DNA of 35,255 nucleotides from a virus (Duplodnaviria; Heunggongvirae; Uroviricota; Caudoviricetes): IMG/VR virus record IMGVR_UViG_2913147268_000009; one strand, 5' to 3'. Shown piece by piece: positions 15,907 to 25,172 of this stretch (position 1 is its first letter; each line of letters starts with the position of its first letter). The notes under the pieces were generated by a model. It saw only the letters and a program-made list of their open reading frames with translations, ran no database searches and was not told where the DNA came from. The position numbers and the translations under genes were made by a program.

Positions 15907-16512
15907 GTTACAGAGGAGGGATTATCAGGAATCGGCGGGGCAGAGCGACCCGCTGCGTTTGTTGTGCCAGACAGTAACGCACCGGCTCCCTGCAAAATGG
16001 TATCTGAATCAATCACAGTCAGGTATTCCGCCAATCCGTGATCGAATCGAGCGGAATACTCAGCCCCGACAAATACGAGTCCCCTTCAGAAGATACAGGC
16101 CGGTAATGCCTGAACGCCTGCCCCTCTGTACACCATTCCCTTTTGATTTCGAATTCTTTGTTGCCGTTATACTGCTTAATGTTCCCGATCTTCCGGTGCA
16201 CAGATAACACCGGAGTCATCGTAGCGCGGATTCAAGATTCAGGTGACATATTTCCAGACGGAAGCCGGCACGCGATCGTAAAGTTTGTTCATTGTCAGTT
16301 CTGCCAGCCGGTTATGTGAAGGGGATGAGCAGTCGCCGGAAAAGCGCCCCGTAATTTTAGAGGCGCAGAATGTATGGATAACCTACAAAGGAAAGCTACC
16401 GGGAAGAATTACTGGTTCTCTGAAGACTCCTCCGGAATCACAACCTTAAGTCACTGACCGGAACAGATAAACCTGTCCGTGGGCAGAAACCGATAAATCC
16501 TGATAAATATCC

Positions 16513-17046
16513 ATGAACACCAAAATCAAATACGGCCTGTCGGCTGCCGTTCTGGCGCTGATTGCCGCTGGTGCGCCTGCGCCTGACATTCTCGACCAGT
16601 TTCTGGATGAAAAGGAAGGTAACCACACCACGGCATACCGTGATGGCGCGGGTATCTGGACCATCTGCCGCGGTGCCATCCTGGTGGATGGCAAACCTGT
16701 CGTTCCGGGCATGAAGTTGTCGAAGGAAAAATGCGACCGGGTTAACGCCATTGAGCGTGATAAGGCGCTGGCATGGGTGGAGAAAAACATCAAAGTGCCA
16801 TTGACCGAACCCCAGAAAGCGGGGATCGCGTCATTCTGTCCGTACAACATTGGTCCCGGTAAGTGTTTCCCGTCGACGTTTTACAGACGAATTAATGCTG
16901 GCGATCGCAGGGGAGCATGTGAGGCGATTCGCTGGTGGATTAAGGACGGTGGCAGAGACTGCCGTATTCGTTCAAATAACTGCTATGGACAGGTCTCACG
17001 GCGTGACCAGGAGAGCGCGCTGGCGTGCTGGGGAATTGACAAATAA
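16513..17046 (+). CDS. R: SAR endolysin (T4-lysozyme-like, GH24)
   Basis: 177 aa with an N-terminal signal-arrest-release-like segment (GLSAAVLALIAAGAPA) followed by a lysozyme-like domain; matches recalled lambdoid RrrD/R21-type endolysins. Confidence 0.88.
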   Translation: MNTKIKYGLSAAVLALIAAGAPAPDILDQFLDEKEGNHTTAYRDGAGIWTICRGAILVDGKPVVPGMKLSKEKCDRVNAIERDKALAWVEKNIKVPLTEPQKAGIASFCPYNIGPGKCFPSTFYRRINAGDRRGACEAIRWWIKDGGRDCRIRSNNCYGQVSRRDQESALACWGIDK

Positions 17047-17135
17047 GCAGAATATTTTGTTGAAAAATGACGTTGGCTAATACGGACGGATAACACGAAA
17101 TCCTGAGAACTGGCAAAACCTAAGTGAATAAAAGT

Positions 17136-17176
17136 AAAAACCCCGTTTGTTGGCTGCAAGCGGGGTTTTGTGTTTC
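17136..17176. terminator. Candidate intrinsic terminator between endolysin and Rz
   Basis: AAAAACCCCG-loop-CGGGGTTTT followed by a T-tract; flanked by A- and T-runs, so potentially bidirectional. Confidence 0.45.
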
Positions 17177-17205
17177 CTGACTCTGGAAAAGTCAAAGGAG
17201 AAAGT

Positions 17206-17343
17206 GTGTTTGATTTTAGCAAACTGATTCGGGAGATTCGAGTGATGGCTGAAAAATTATCCACCTGGAAGTTCATTCTTATCTGGCTGGTGTTTGTGAT
17301 TATGGCCTCCGGTTATTTCATCGGTCAGATACGCTGGTGGTGA
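17206..17343 (+). CDS. Small predicted membrane protein (45 aa) coupled to Rz
   Basis: RBS AAGGAG 5 nt before a GTG start; encodes ...MAEKLSTWKFILIWLVFVIMASGYFIGQIRWW; its stop TGA sits 1 nt before the Rz ATG. Below the ORF-track length cutoff. Confidence 0.3.
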   Translation: MFDFSKLIREIRVMAEKLSTWKFILIWLVFVIMASGYFIGQIRWW

Positions 17344-17344
17344 A

Positions 17345-17812
17345 ATGAACCGCGTACTGTGCGTGGTCATCATTGCCCTGCTGGTGGCCTGTGGTGCGCT
17401 TAGTCTGGGGCTGAATCATTACCGTGATAACGCCATAACCTACAAAGAGCAGCGCGATAAAAAAGTCAGTGAGCTGGAGCTGGCAAATGCAACCATTACT
17501 GATATGCAGCAGCGCCAGCGTGATGTTGCTGCACTTGATGCCAGATACTCGAGGGAATTAGCCGATGCGAGAGCTGAAAATGAAACTCTTCGCGCTGACG
17601 TTGCCGCTGGTCACCGCAGCCTGCGGATCAACGCCACCTGTCCAGGTCCCGTGCGTGAAGCCACCGGCACCGCCCGCGTGGATAATGCAACCGGCCCCCA
17701 ACTGGCAGACACCGTTACACGGGATTATTTCACCCTCAGAGAGCGGCTGATGACGATGCAGAAGCAACTGGAAGGGGCACAGGACTATATCCGCACTCAG
17801 TGCCTGAAATAA
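17345..17812 (+). CDS. Rz: Rz i-spanin
   Basis: 155 aa with an N-terminal transmembrane segment and a coiled-coil-like periplasmic domain, directly downstream of the endolysin region. Confidence 0.85.
   Translation: MNRVLCVVIIALLVACGALSLGLNHYRDNAITYKEQRDKKVSELELANATITDMQQRQRDVAALDARYSRELADARAENETLRADVAAGHRSLRINATCPGPVREATGTARVDNATGPQLADTVTRDYFTLRERLMTMQKQLEGAQDYIRTQCLK
17580..17750 (+). CDS. Rz1: Rz1 o-spanin lipoprotein (embedded in Rz, +1 frame)
   Basis: MKLFALTLPLVTAAC has a lipobox-like signal and is followed by a proline-rich mature region; fully nested in Rz. Confidence 0.65.
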   Translation: MKLFALTLPLVTAACGSTPPVQVPCVKPPAPPAWIMQPAPNWQTPLHGIISPSESG

Positions 17813-17847
17813 GTTTTGCTGATGCGCGGTATTGTCGCCGTATCCCC

Positions 17848-17995
17848 GCATTAACAGAGACCGCAGCCCGACAGGGAGACTCCTCTGCGCGAGTGTGCGG
17901 GGATAATCAAAAACGATACACACCGGGGTTTACCGCGTTAACGGAGCGCGGCGTTGTCCCCTCATAGTCGCCTGTCCGGTGCGATGGTGGAAGAA
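17848..17995. repeat. 148-bp repeat, copy 2
   Basis: Identical by eye to 14538-14685; lies immediately downstream of Rz. Confidence 0.85.
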
Positions 17996-18162
17996 GCCGG
18001 ATGTTTATCACTATTAATTGATGACACAGAAATGGATTCATTGAATTTCAGCACGTTTTTGTATTCGTGTTATTGAACATCTGTTTATTTTACTTTTAAC
18101 ATATTGATAATAAAAAGAGCTGTAAATCTTTAGATGAGTCGATTTTGTCCGGGGAAGTTCAA

Positions 18163-18303
18163 ATGGATTTTATGCTGACGGTTTCTGGTGTGGTTATCCT
18201 GTCCATTGCTTATACTGCAGATAAATATGGCTGCCATTTGTTATCACGTATTGGCGCTTATTGTTCGTTGATGCTGATTTTCTCGTCGCTTTTTTTTGAG
18301 TAA
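18163..18303 (+). CDS. Small hydrophobic ORF (46 aa), speculative
   Basis: MDFMLTVSGVVILSIAYTADKYGCHLLSRIGAYCSLMLIFSSLFFE, preceded by GGGGAAG; sits in an AT-rich region between Rz and cos. Confidence 0.2.
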   Translation: MDFMLTVSGVVILSIAYTADKYGCHLLSRIGAYCSLMLIFSSLFFE

Positions 18304-18435
18304 GTTATATTAATTATAACAAATAATTTTCTGTGTTATTTTTTCAGGCTATCCCGTCAGAGGGGAAGCCTGTACTGCCAGGGAGCGAATGGAAAACTGA
18401 TGTGTCCGGTAACTGCGTGTTCTGTGAACACCATG

Positions 18436-18621
18436 TTACTTAATTATGTAATTCATACCCGAACTCTCTGTTGACAGCCTTCTTCTGCAGGCTTCAATAA
18501 CCCACGCTGAAAAGTTTCCTGAACCTTTCAGATCAAGAGCGATGTTAATTTGTTCAATCATCTGGTTTGGAAATCGGATGTTGCGGGTTGTTGTTCTGCG
18601 CGTTCTGTTCTTTGATGACAT
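18436..18621 (-). CDS. YlcI/YnfO-family small protein (ribbon-helix-helix-like)
   Basis: MSSKNRTRRTTTRNIRFPNQMIEQINIALDLKGSGNFSAWVIEACRRRL resembles recalled E. coli prophage YlcI, which also sits between lysis genes and the terminase. Confidence 0.55.
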   Translation of the reverse strand: MSSKNRTRRTTTRNIRFPNQMIEQINIALDLKGSGNFSAWVIEACRRRLSTESSGMNYIIK

Positions 18622-18827
18622 AATGTTTCCCCATATTCAGTGTTGCTGATTTGTATTATCAGAAGTTGCTTTTACGTTAATTTGACGCAGATCAATTAAT
18701 ACGATACCTGCGTCATAATTGATTATTTCTCGTGGTTTGATGGCGTACACACATGTTGTGATAAACCTTATATAGATGATAATCATTATCATTTCGTGGG
18801 TCCTTTCCGGCGATCCGACCGGTTACG

Positions 18828-18839
18828 GGGCGGCGACCT
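18828..18839. other. cos site (cosN with lambda-type 12-nt cohesive end)
   Basis: ...GATCCGACCGGTTACG|GGGCGGCGACCTCGCGGGTTTTCGCTATTTATGAAAATTTT matches recalled lambda genome ends; about 170 bp upstream of Nu1. Confidence 0.85.
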
Positions 18840-19008
18840 CGCGGGTTTTCGCTATTTATGAAAATTTTTAGGGAAAAATCAGATCCGTTCTTCTTCTTTT
18901 TAACTGATTGATTATCAATAGAATTTTAAAAATATAAAAGGATCTGACAAAGGCTGTTTTTGTTAGAAAACGCCATTTTCAGATCCTTTCTGGTTCCCGG
19001 GGGAGTGT

Positions 19009-19557
19009 ATGAACGTCAATAAGAAAAAACTGGCCGATATTTTTGGCGTTGATGTCAGGACCATCACCGCCTGGCAGAGTCAGGGGTTACCACTAGTTTC
19101 TGGTGGAGGGAAAGGGACTGAATCAGTTTTTGATACAACTGCTGCCATTCAGTGGTATGCGCAGAGGGAAGCTGATATTGAAAACGAAAAACTCCGTAAA
19201 GAGATCGAGGATTTGAGGGCTGCCAGCGAATCAGACCTTCAGCCCGGCACCATTGATTACGAACGTTACCGACTGACGAAGGCACAGGCCGATGCACAGG
19301 AGCTGAAAAATGCTCGTGAGGAAGGCCTTGTCCTCGAGACGGAGTTATTTACCTACATCTTTCAGCGAGTGGCACAGAATATATCAGGGATCCTTGTCCG
19401 TGTCCCTCAGACACTGCAGCGTAAATACCCTGATATATCACCCGTACATCTTGATGCTGTGAAAACTGAAATCGCGAAAGCATCCGATGTGGCTTCTGAA
19501 GCCGGTGAGAATGTGCGCAGGTGGATTGATGATTTCAGACGAACTGAGGGCGGCTAA
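19009..19557 (+). CDS. nu1: Terminase small subunit Nu1
   Basis: [36 protein letters not shown]...[48 protein letters not shown] matches recalled lambda Nu1. Confidence 0.95.
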   Translation: MNVNKKKLADIFGVDVRTITAWQSQGLPLVSGGGKGTESVFDTTAAIQWYAQREADIENEKLRKEIEDLRAASESDLQPGTIDYERYRLTKAQADAQELKNAREEGLVLETELFTYIFQRVAQNISGILVRVPQTLQRKYPDISPVHLDAVKTEIAKASDVASEAGENVRRWIDDFRRTEGG

Positions 19558-21457
19558 TTCTGCAGGAGCGATAGCAACCGGCCTCCTTGCGCTAAAAATT
19601 CCTGTCCCTCTGACGACAGTTCAGTGGGCAGATCGACATTATTACCTTCCGAAAGAGTCATCTTACACCCCGGGGCGGTGGGAAACACTGCCGTTTCAGG
19701 TTGCCATCATGAACAGCATGGGGAATGACCGGATCCGCACTGTTAATCTGATTAAATCTGCCCGTGTTGGTTATACAAAGATGTTGCTGGGAGTGGAGGC
19801 TTATTTTATTGAGCATAAATCACGCAACAGCCTTCTTTTCCAGCCCACGGATTCTGCTGCTGAAGATTTTATGAAATCTCATGTGGAACCCACGATCAGG
19901 GATGTGCCGGTTTTACTCGATCTTGCACCGTGGTTTGGGCGTAAACATCGTGATAATACCCTCACGCTGAAACGTTTTTCATCGGGCGTGGGCTTCTGGT
20001 GCCTGGGCGGGGCTGCCGCTAAAAACTACCGTGAAAAATCCGTGGACGTGGTCTGCTATGACGAACTTTCCTCGTTCGAACCGGATGTCGAAAAAGAGGG
20101 TTCGCCAACCCTGCTTGGGGATAAACGTATTGAGGGCTCTGTATGGCCCAAATCCATTCGCGGCTCGACGCCTAAAATCAAAGGCACCTGCCAGATCGAA
20201 AAAGCGGCCAACGAGTCGGCGCATTTCATGCGTTTTTATGTGCCCTGCCCACACTGTGGGGAGGAGCAGTATCTGAAATTTGGCGATGAATCCACGCCTT
20301 TTGGCCTTAAATGGGAGAAGGACAGCCCCGAAAGCGTTTTCTACCTCTGTGAACATCATGGCTGCGTGATCCATCAGTCTGAGCTTGACCAGAGCAACGG
20401 GCGGTGGATCTGTGAAAACACGGGGATGTGGACCCGTGACGGTCTGACGTTTTTCAGCGCCGCGGATAATGAAATTCCGCCGCCGCGCTCCATCACGTTC
20501 CATATCTGGACGGCGTACAGTCCGTTCACCACCTGGGTACAGATAGTCTATGACTGGCTGGATGCACTGAAAGATCCCAACGGCCTGAAAACCTTTGTGA
20601 ACACCACGCTGGGCGAGACCTGGGAAGAGGCCGTGGGCGAAAAACTCGATCACCAGGTACTGATGGATAAGGTCGTGCATTACACGGCGGCGGTGCCAGC
20701 CCGGGTGGTTTATCTGACGGCGGGCATTGACTCGCAGCGAAACCGTTTTGAGATGTATGTCTGGGGATGGGCACCGGGAGAGGAAGCTTTTCTGGTGGAT
20801 AAAATCATCATTATGGGCCGTCCCGATGAGGAAGAGACGCTGTTACGTGTGGATGCGGCGATCAACAAAAAATACTGCCATGCAGACGGAACCGAAATGA
20901 CCATTTCCCGTGTCTGCTGGGACACCGGGGGGATCGATGGTGAAATTGTCTATCAGAGGTCAAAAAAACACGGTGTTTTCCGGGTGCTGCCGGTAAAAGG
21001 CGCATCTGTCTATGGCAAGCCGGTGATCACCATGCCGAAAACCCGCAATCAGCGGGGCGTGTATCTGTGTGAAGTGGGGACGGACACCGCAAAAGAAATT
21101 CTCTATGCCCGTATGAAAGCCGATCCCACGCCTGCGGATGAAGCCACGTCGTATGCCATCCGTTTTCCTGATGATCCGGAGATTTTTTCGCAGACAGAGG
21201 CGCAGCAACTGGTCGCGGAAGAGCTTGTGGAGAAGTGGGAAAAAGGAAAGATGCGTCTGCTGTGGGATAACAAAAAGCGGCGTAACGAAGCGCTGGACTG
21301 CCTGGTGTATGCCTATGCGGCATTACGTGTGTCCGTGCAACGCTGGCAGCTTGATCTGGCTGTACTGGCAAAATCCCGGGAAGAAGAGACGACCCGGCCA
21401 ACCCTTAAAGAACTGGCAGCGAAGCTGTCCGGAGGAGTGAATGGTTACAGTCGCTGA
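19529..21457 (+). CDS. A: Terminase large subunit A
   Basis: Lambda gpA-like throughout ([25 protein letters not shown] ... [18 protein letters not shown] ...). Start chosen at the ATG at 19529 (RBS AGGTGGA), overlapping the Nu1 end; the ORF track starts at 19487. Confidence 0.95.
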   Translation: MISDELRAANSAGAIATGLLALKIPVPLTTVQWADRHYYLPKESSYTPGRWETLPFQVAIMNSMGNDRIRTVNLIKSARVGYTKMLLGVEAYFIEHKSRNSLLFQPTDSAAEDFMKSHVEPTIRDVPVLLDLAPWFGRKHRDNTLTLKRFSSGVGFWCLGGAAAKNYREKSVDVVCYDELSSFEPDVEKEGSPTLLGDKRIEGSVWPKSIRGSTPKIKGTCQIEKAANESAHFMRFYVPCPHCGEEQYLKFGDESTPFGLKWEKDSPESVFYLCEHHGCVIHQSELDQSNGRWICENTGMWTRDGLTFFSAADNEIPPPRSITFHIWTAYSPFTTWVQIVYDWLDALKDPNGLKTFVNTTLGETWEEAVGEKLDHQVLMDKVVHYTAAVPARVVYLTAGIDSQRNRFEMYVWGWAPGEEAFLVDKIIIMGRPDEEETLLRVDAAINKKYCHADGTEMTISRVCWDTGGIDGEIVYQRSKKHGVFRVLPVKGASVYGKPVITMPKTRNQRGVYLCEVGTDTAKEILYARMKADPTPADEATSYAIRFPDDPEIFSQTEAQQLVAEELVEKWEKGKMRLLWDNKKRRNEALDCLVYAYAALRVSVQRWQLDLAVLAKSREEETTRPTLKELAAKLSGGVNGYSR

Positions 21458-21647
21458 ACTACAGGCGCTGCGTCAGGCGCGCCTTGATTTATTAACCGGT
21501 AAACGGGTGGTGTCTGTCCAGAAAGATGGTCGCAGAATTGAATATACGGCGGCTTCTCTGGATGAGCTTAACCGGGCGATCAATGATGCGGAGTCGGTAC
21601 TGGGGACAACCCGACGTCGCCGTCGTCCGCTGGGAGTGAGGTTATGA
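21441..21647 (+). CDS. W: Head-tail joining protein W
   Basis: 68 aa (...LLTGKRVVSVQKDGRRIEYTAASL...) resembling lambda gpW; RBS GGAGGAG. Confidence 0.9.
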   Translation: MVTVAELQALRQARLDLLTGKRVVSVQKDGRRIEYTAASLDELNRAINDAESVLGTTRRRRRPLGVRL

Positions 21648-23236
21648 AACGAACGCCTGTCCTGATTGATGTGAACGGCGTTCCGCTTCGTGAGAGTCTC
21701 AGCTACAACGGGAGCGGCGCAGGATTTGGCGGGCAAATGGCGGAGTGGTTGCCACCGGCGCAGAGTGCCGATGCGGCCCTGCTACCCGCGTTGCGTCTGG
21801 GGAATGCCCGGGCAGATGATCTGGTGCGCAATAACGGAATAGCGGCTAATGCGGTGGCTCTGCATAAGGATCACATTGTCGGGCATATGTTTCTGATCAG
21901 CTACCGTCCGAACTGGCGCTGGCTGGGGATGCGGGAGACCGCAGCAAAAAGCTTTGTCGATGAGGTGGAGGCGGCCTGGTCGGAATACGCCGAAGGGATG
22001 TTTGGTGAGATCGACGTGGAAGGAAAACGCACGTTCACGGAATTTATCCGTGAAGGTGTGGGCGTTCATGCGTTTAACGGCGAAATCTTTGTGCAGCCGG
22101 TCTGGGATACGGAAACCACGCAGTTATTCCGTACGCGTTTTAAAGCCGTGAGTCCGAAACGGGTGGACACGCCTGGACACGGTATGGGGAACCGTTTTCT
22201 GCGGGCCGGTGTGGAGGTCGATCGATATGGCCGTGCCGTCGCGTACCATATTTGTGAGGACGATTTTCCGTTCTCTGGTAGTGGACGATGGGAACGGATC
22301 CCGCGTGAACTTCCCACCGGGCGTCCGGCCATGCTGCATATTTTCGAGCCGGTGGAGGACGGGCAGACCCGTGGGGCTAATCAGTTTTACAGCGTCATGG
22401 AACGGCTGAAGATGCTCGATTCCCTGCAGGCAACACAGCTTCAGTCGGCCATAGTGAAGGCGATGTATGCAGCGACGATTGAAAGTGAACTTGATACCGA
22501 AAAGGCCTTTGAATATATCGCCGGTGCGCCGCAGGGGCAGAAGGATAATCCGCTTATTAATATTCTGGATAAGTTCTCCACCTGGTATGACACGAATCAC
22601 GTGACGCTGGGCGGTGTCAAAATTCCGCACCTTTTCCCCGGTGATGATCTGAAACTTCAGACCGCGCAGGATTCAGACAATGGATTTTCAGCGCTTGAAC
22701 AGGCGCTGCTGCGGTATATCGCCGCCGGTCTTGGCGTTTCCTACGAACAGTTGTCCCGTGATTACTCGAAGGTCAGTTATTCAAGTGCCCGCGCCTCCGC
22801 CAATGAGTCGTGGCGCTATTTTATGGGGCGGCGAAAATTTATTGCGTCCCGGCTGGCCACGCAGATGTTTTCCTGCTGGCTGGAAGAGGCACTTCTTCGG
22901 GGGATTATTCGTCCGCCACGGGCACGTTTTGATTTTTATCAGGCGCGATCAGCCTGGTCACGGGCTGAGTGGATTGGAGCCGGAAGAATGGCCATTGACG
23001 GGCTCAAGGAGGTTCAGGAATCAGTGATGCGCATTGAGGCCGGACTGAGCACGTATGAGAAAGAGCTGGCGCTGATGGGCGAGGATTATCAGGACATTTT
23101 CCGCCAGCAGGTCAGGGAATCTGCAGAGCGGGAAAAAGCCGGACTCTCACGTCCGGTGTGGATAGCGCAGGCGTATCAGCAGCAGATAGCGGAGAGTCGC
23201 AGGCCGGAAGAGGAGACAACACCACGTGAGACGTAA
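21644..23236 (+). CDS. B: Portal protein B
   Basis: 530 aa, the size and position of lambda gpB; start overlaps the W stop. Confidence 0.93.
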   Translation: MKRTPVLIDVNGVPLRESLSYNGSGAGFGGQMAEWLPPAQSADAALLPALRLGNARADDLVRNNGIAANAVALHKDHIVGHMFLISYRPNWRWLGMRETAAKSFVDEVEAAWSEYAEGMFGEIDVEGKRTFTEFIREGVGVHAFNGEIFVQPVWDTETTQLFRTRFKAVSPKRVDTPGHGMGNRFLRAGVEVDRYGRAVAYHICEDDFPFSGSGRWERIPRELPTGRPAMLHIFEPVEDGQTRGANQFYSVMERLKMLDSLQATQLQSAIVKAMYAATIESELDTEKAFEYIAGAPQGQKDNPLINILDKFSTWYDTNHVTLGGVKIPHLFPGDDLKLQTAQDSDNGFSALEQALLRYIAAGLGVSYEQLSRDYSKVSYSSARASANESWRYFMGRRKFIASRLATQMFSCWLEEALLRGIIRPPRARFDFYQARSAWSRAEWIGAGRMAIDGLKEVQESVMRIEAGLSTYEKELALMGEDYQDIFRQQVRESAEREKAGLSRPVWIAQAYQQQIAESRRPEEETTPRET

Positions 23237-24731
23237 TCTTTCACACATTATTGCCGCAGCATTCAATGAACCGCTGCTTCTGGAGCCCGCCTATGCGCGG
23301 GTTTTCTTTTGCGCGCTCGGGCGCGAGATGGGGGCAGCAAGTCTTTCGGTACCACAACAGCAGGTACAGCTTGATGCTCCCGGAATGCTGGCTGAAACGG
23401 ACGAGTACATGGCCGGAGGTAAACGACCGGCCCGTGTTTACCGGGTGGTGAACGGTATTGCGGTACTGCCGGTGAGCGGCACGCTGGTGCACCGGCTGGG
23501 GGGGATGCGGCCATTTTCCGGAATGACTGGCTATGACGGCATTGTCGCCTGTCTTCAGCAGGCAATGGCAGATAGCCAGGTGCGGGGCATACTGCTGGAC
23601 ATTGACAGTCCGGGCGGGCAGGCCGCCGGCGCGTTTGACTGCGCTGACATGATTTACCGCCTCCGTCAGCAGAAGCCGGTCTGGGCACTGTGCAATGACA
23701 CGGCCTGTTCTGCAGCCATGCTGCTGGCGTCGGCCTGCTCCCGACGGCTGGTTACCCAGACATCCCGTATCGGCTCCATTGGCGTGATGATGAGCCATGT
23801 CAGCTATGCCGGTCATCTGGCGCAGGCCGGTGTGGATATCACGCTGATTTATGCCGGGGCGCACAAGGTGGATGGCAATCAGTTTGAAGCGTTGCCGGCA
23901 GAGGTTCGCCAGGATATGCAGCAGCGGATTGATGCGGCGCACCGGATGTTTGCCGAAAAAGTGGCGATGTATACCGGGTTGTCTGTGGATGCGGTCACGG
24001 GAACAGAGGCCGCCGTTTTTGAAGGTCAGTCCGGCATTGAGGCCGGGCTGGCGGATGAATTAATCAATGCGTCGGATGCCATCAGTGTGATGGCCACGGC
24101 GCTGAACAGTAATGTCAGAGGAGGCACTATGCCGCAATTAACTGCAACGGAAGCCGCCGTGCAGGAGAACCAGCGAGTGATGGGGATCCTGACATGCCAG
24201 GAAGCGAAAGGACGTGAACAGCTTGCCACGATGCTGGCAGGGCAACAGGGCATGAGCGTTGAACAGGCCCGGGCGATTCTGGCCGCGGCGGCACCGCAGC
24301 AGCCGGTGGCATCCGCGCAGAGTGAAGCCGATCGCATTATGGCGTGTGAAGAAGCGAACGGTCGTGAACAACTGGCAGTAACGCTGGCGGCGATGCCGGA
24401 GATGACGGTGGAAAAAGCCCGCCCGATCCTGGCTGCTTCACCGCAGGCGAATGCCGGACCATCACTCCGTGATCAGATCATGGCCCTGGATGAGGCAAAA
24501 GGGGCTGAGGCGCAGGCTGAACAGCTGGCTGCCTGCCCGGGAATGACCGTGGAGAGCGCCCGGGCTGTGCTGGCTGCGGGATCAGGTAAGGCAGAACCGG
24601 TCTCTGCATCCACAACCGCCCTGTTTGAACATTTCATGGCGAACCATTCACCGGCTGCGGTCCAGGGGGGCGTGTCACAGGCGTCAGAAGACGGTGATGC
24701 GGACGTGAAAATGCTCATGGCCATGCCATGA
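23226..24731 (+). CDS. C: Head protease/scaffold C (S49-like), longer than lambda C
   Basis: N-terminal 300 aa align by eye with lambda gpC (NEPLLLEPAYARVFFCAL ... GIAVLPVSGTLV ...). The C-terminal scaffold region carries a tripled motif. Confidence 0.9.
   Translation: MRRNLSHIIAAAFNEPLLLEPAYARVFFCALGREMGAASLSVPQQQVQLDAPGMLAETDEYMAGGKRPARVYRVVNGIAVLPVSGTLVHRLGGMRPFSGMTGYDGIVACLQQAMADSQVRGILLDIDSPGGQAAGAFDCADMIYRLRQQKPVWALCNDTACSAAMLLASACSRRLVTQTSRIGSIGVMMSHVSYAGHLAQAGVDITLIYAGAHKVDGNQFEALPAEVRQDMQQRIDAAHRMFAEKVAMYTGLSVDAVTGTEAAVFEGQSGIEAGLADELINASDAISVMATALNSNVRGGTMPQLTATEAAVQENQRVMGILTCQEAKGREQLATMLAGQQGMSVEQARAILAAAAPQQPVASAQSEADRIMACEEANGREQLAVTLAAMPEMTVEKARPILAASPQANAGPSLRDQIMALDEAKGAEAQAEQLAACPGMTVESARAVLAAGSGKAEPVSASTTALFEHFMANHSPAAVQGGVSQASEDGDADVKMLMAMP
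24175..24580 (+). repeat. Three tandem ~40-codon repeats in the C scaffold region
   Basis: Three tandem copies: (1) IL..EAKGREQLA, then MSVEQARAIL; (2) IMACEEANGREQLA, then MTVEKARPIL; (3) IMALDEAKGAEAQAEQLA, then MTVESARAVL. Recalled lambda C has one such unit. Confidence 0.6.
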
Positions 24732-24767
24732 AGTCAGTGCTGAACATCAATACGAGGTTTTAACAAT

Positions 24768-25115
24768 ATGGTGACGAAAACCATCACTGAACAGCGTGCG
24801 GAAGTACGTATTTTTGCCGGTAATGATCCGGCTCACACCGCCACAGGCAGCAGCGGGATTTCCTCGGCAACACCGGCACTGACACCCCTGATGCTGGATG
24901 GGGCCACCGGGAAACTGGTGGTCTGGGACGGACAGAAAGCCGGTAGTGCGGTTGGCATACTGGTACTGCCGCTTGAAGGCACAGAGGCGGTGCTGACCTA
25001 TTACAAGTCGGGGACCTTTGCGACGGAGGCAATCCGCTGGCCTGAAAGTGTGGATGAACACAAAAAGGCCAACGCCTTTACCGGCAGTGCCCTGAGTCAC
25101 GCGGCGCTGCCGTAA
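24768..25115 (+). CDS. D: Head decoration protein D
   Basis: 115 aa (...NDPAHTATGSSGIS...TPLMLD...KLVVWDG...YYKSGTF...) resembling lambda gpD. Confidence 0.9.
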   Translation: MVTKTITEQRAEVRIFAGNDPAHTATGSSGISSATPALTPLMLDGATGKLVVWDGQKAGSAVGILVLPLEGTEAVLTYYKSGTFATEAIRWPESVDEHKKANAFTGSALSHAALP

Positions 25116-25172
25116 CACGTTATCAGGCCACCGCGTTGGCCTGACTGATTTCTTAATGAAAGGAACTGATTT

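Noticed and set aside
19979-20680. 233-aa minus-strand ORF
   Set aside because: Lies inside the terminase A coding region on the opposite strand; the lambda-like A translation explains the sequence.
23241-23942. 233-aa minus-strand ORF and other antisense ORFs within B/C
   Set aside because: Overlap the portal and protease genes on the opposite strand; no independent signals.
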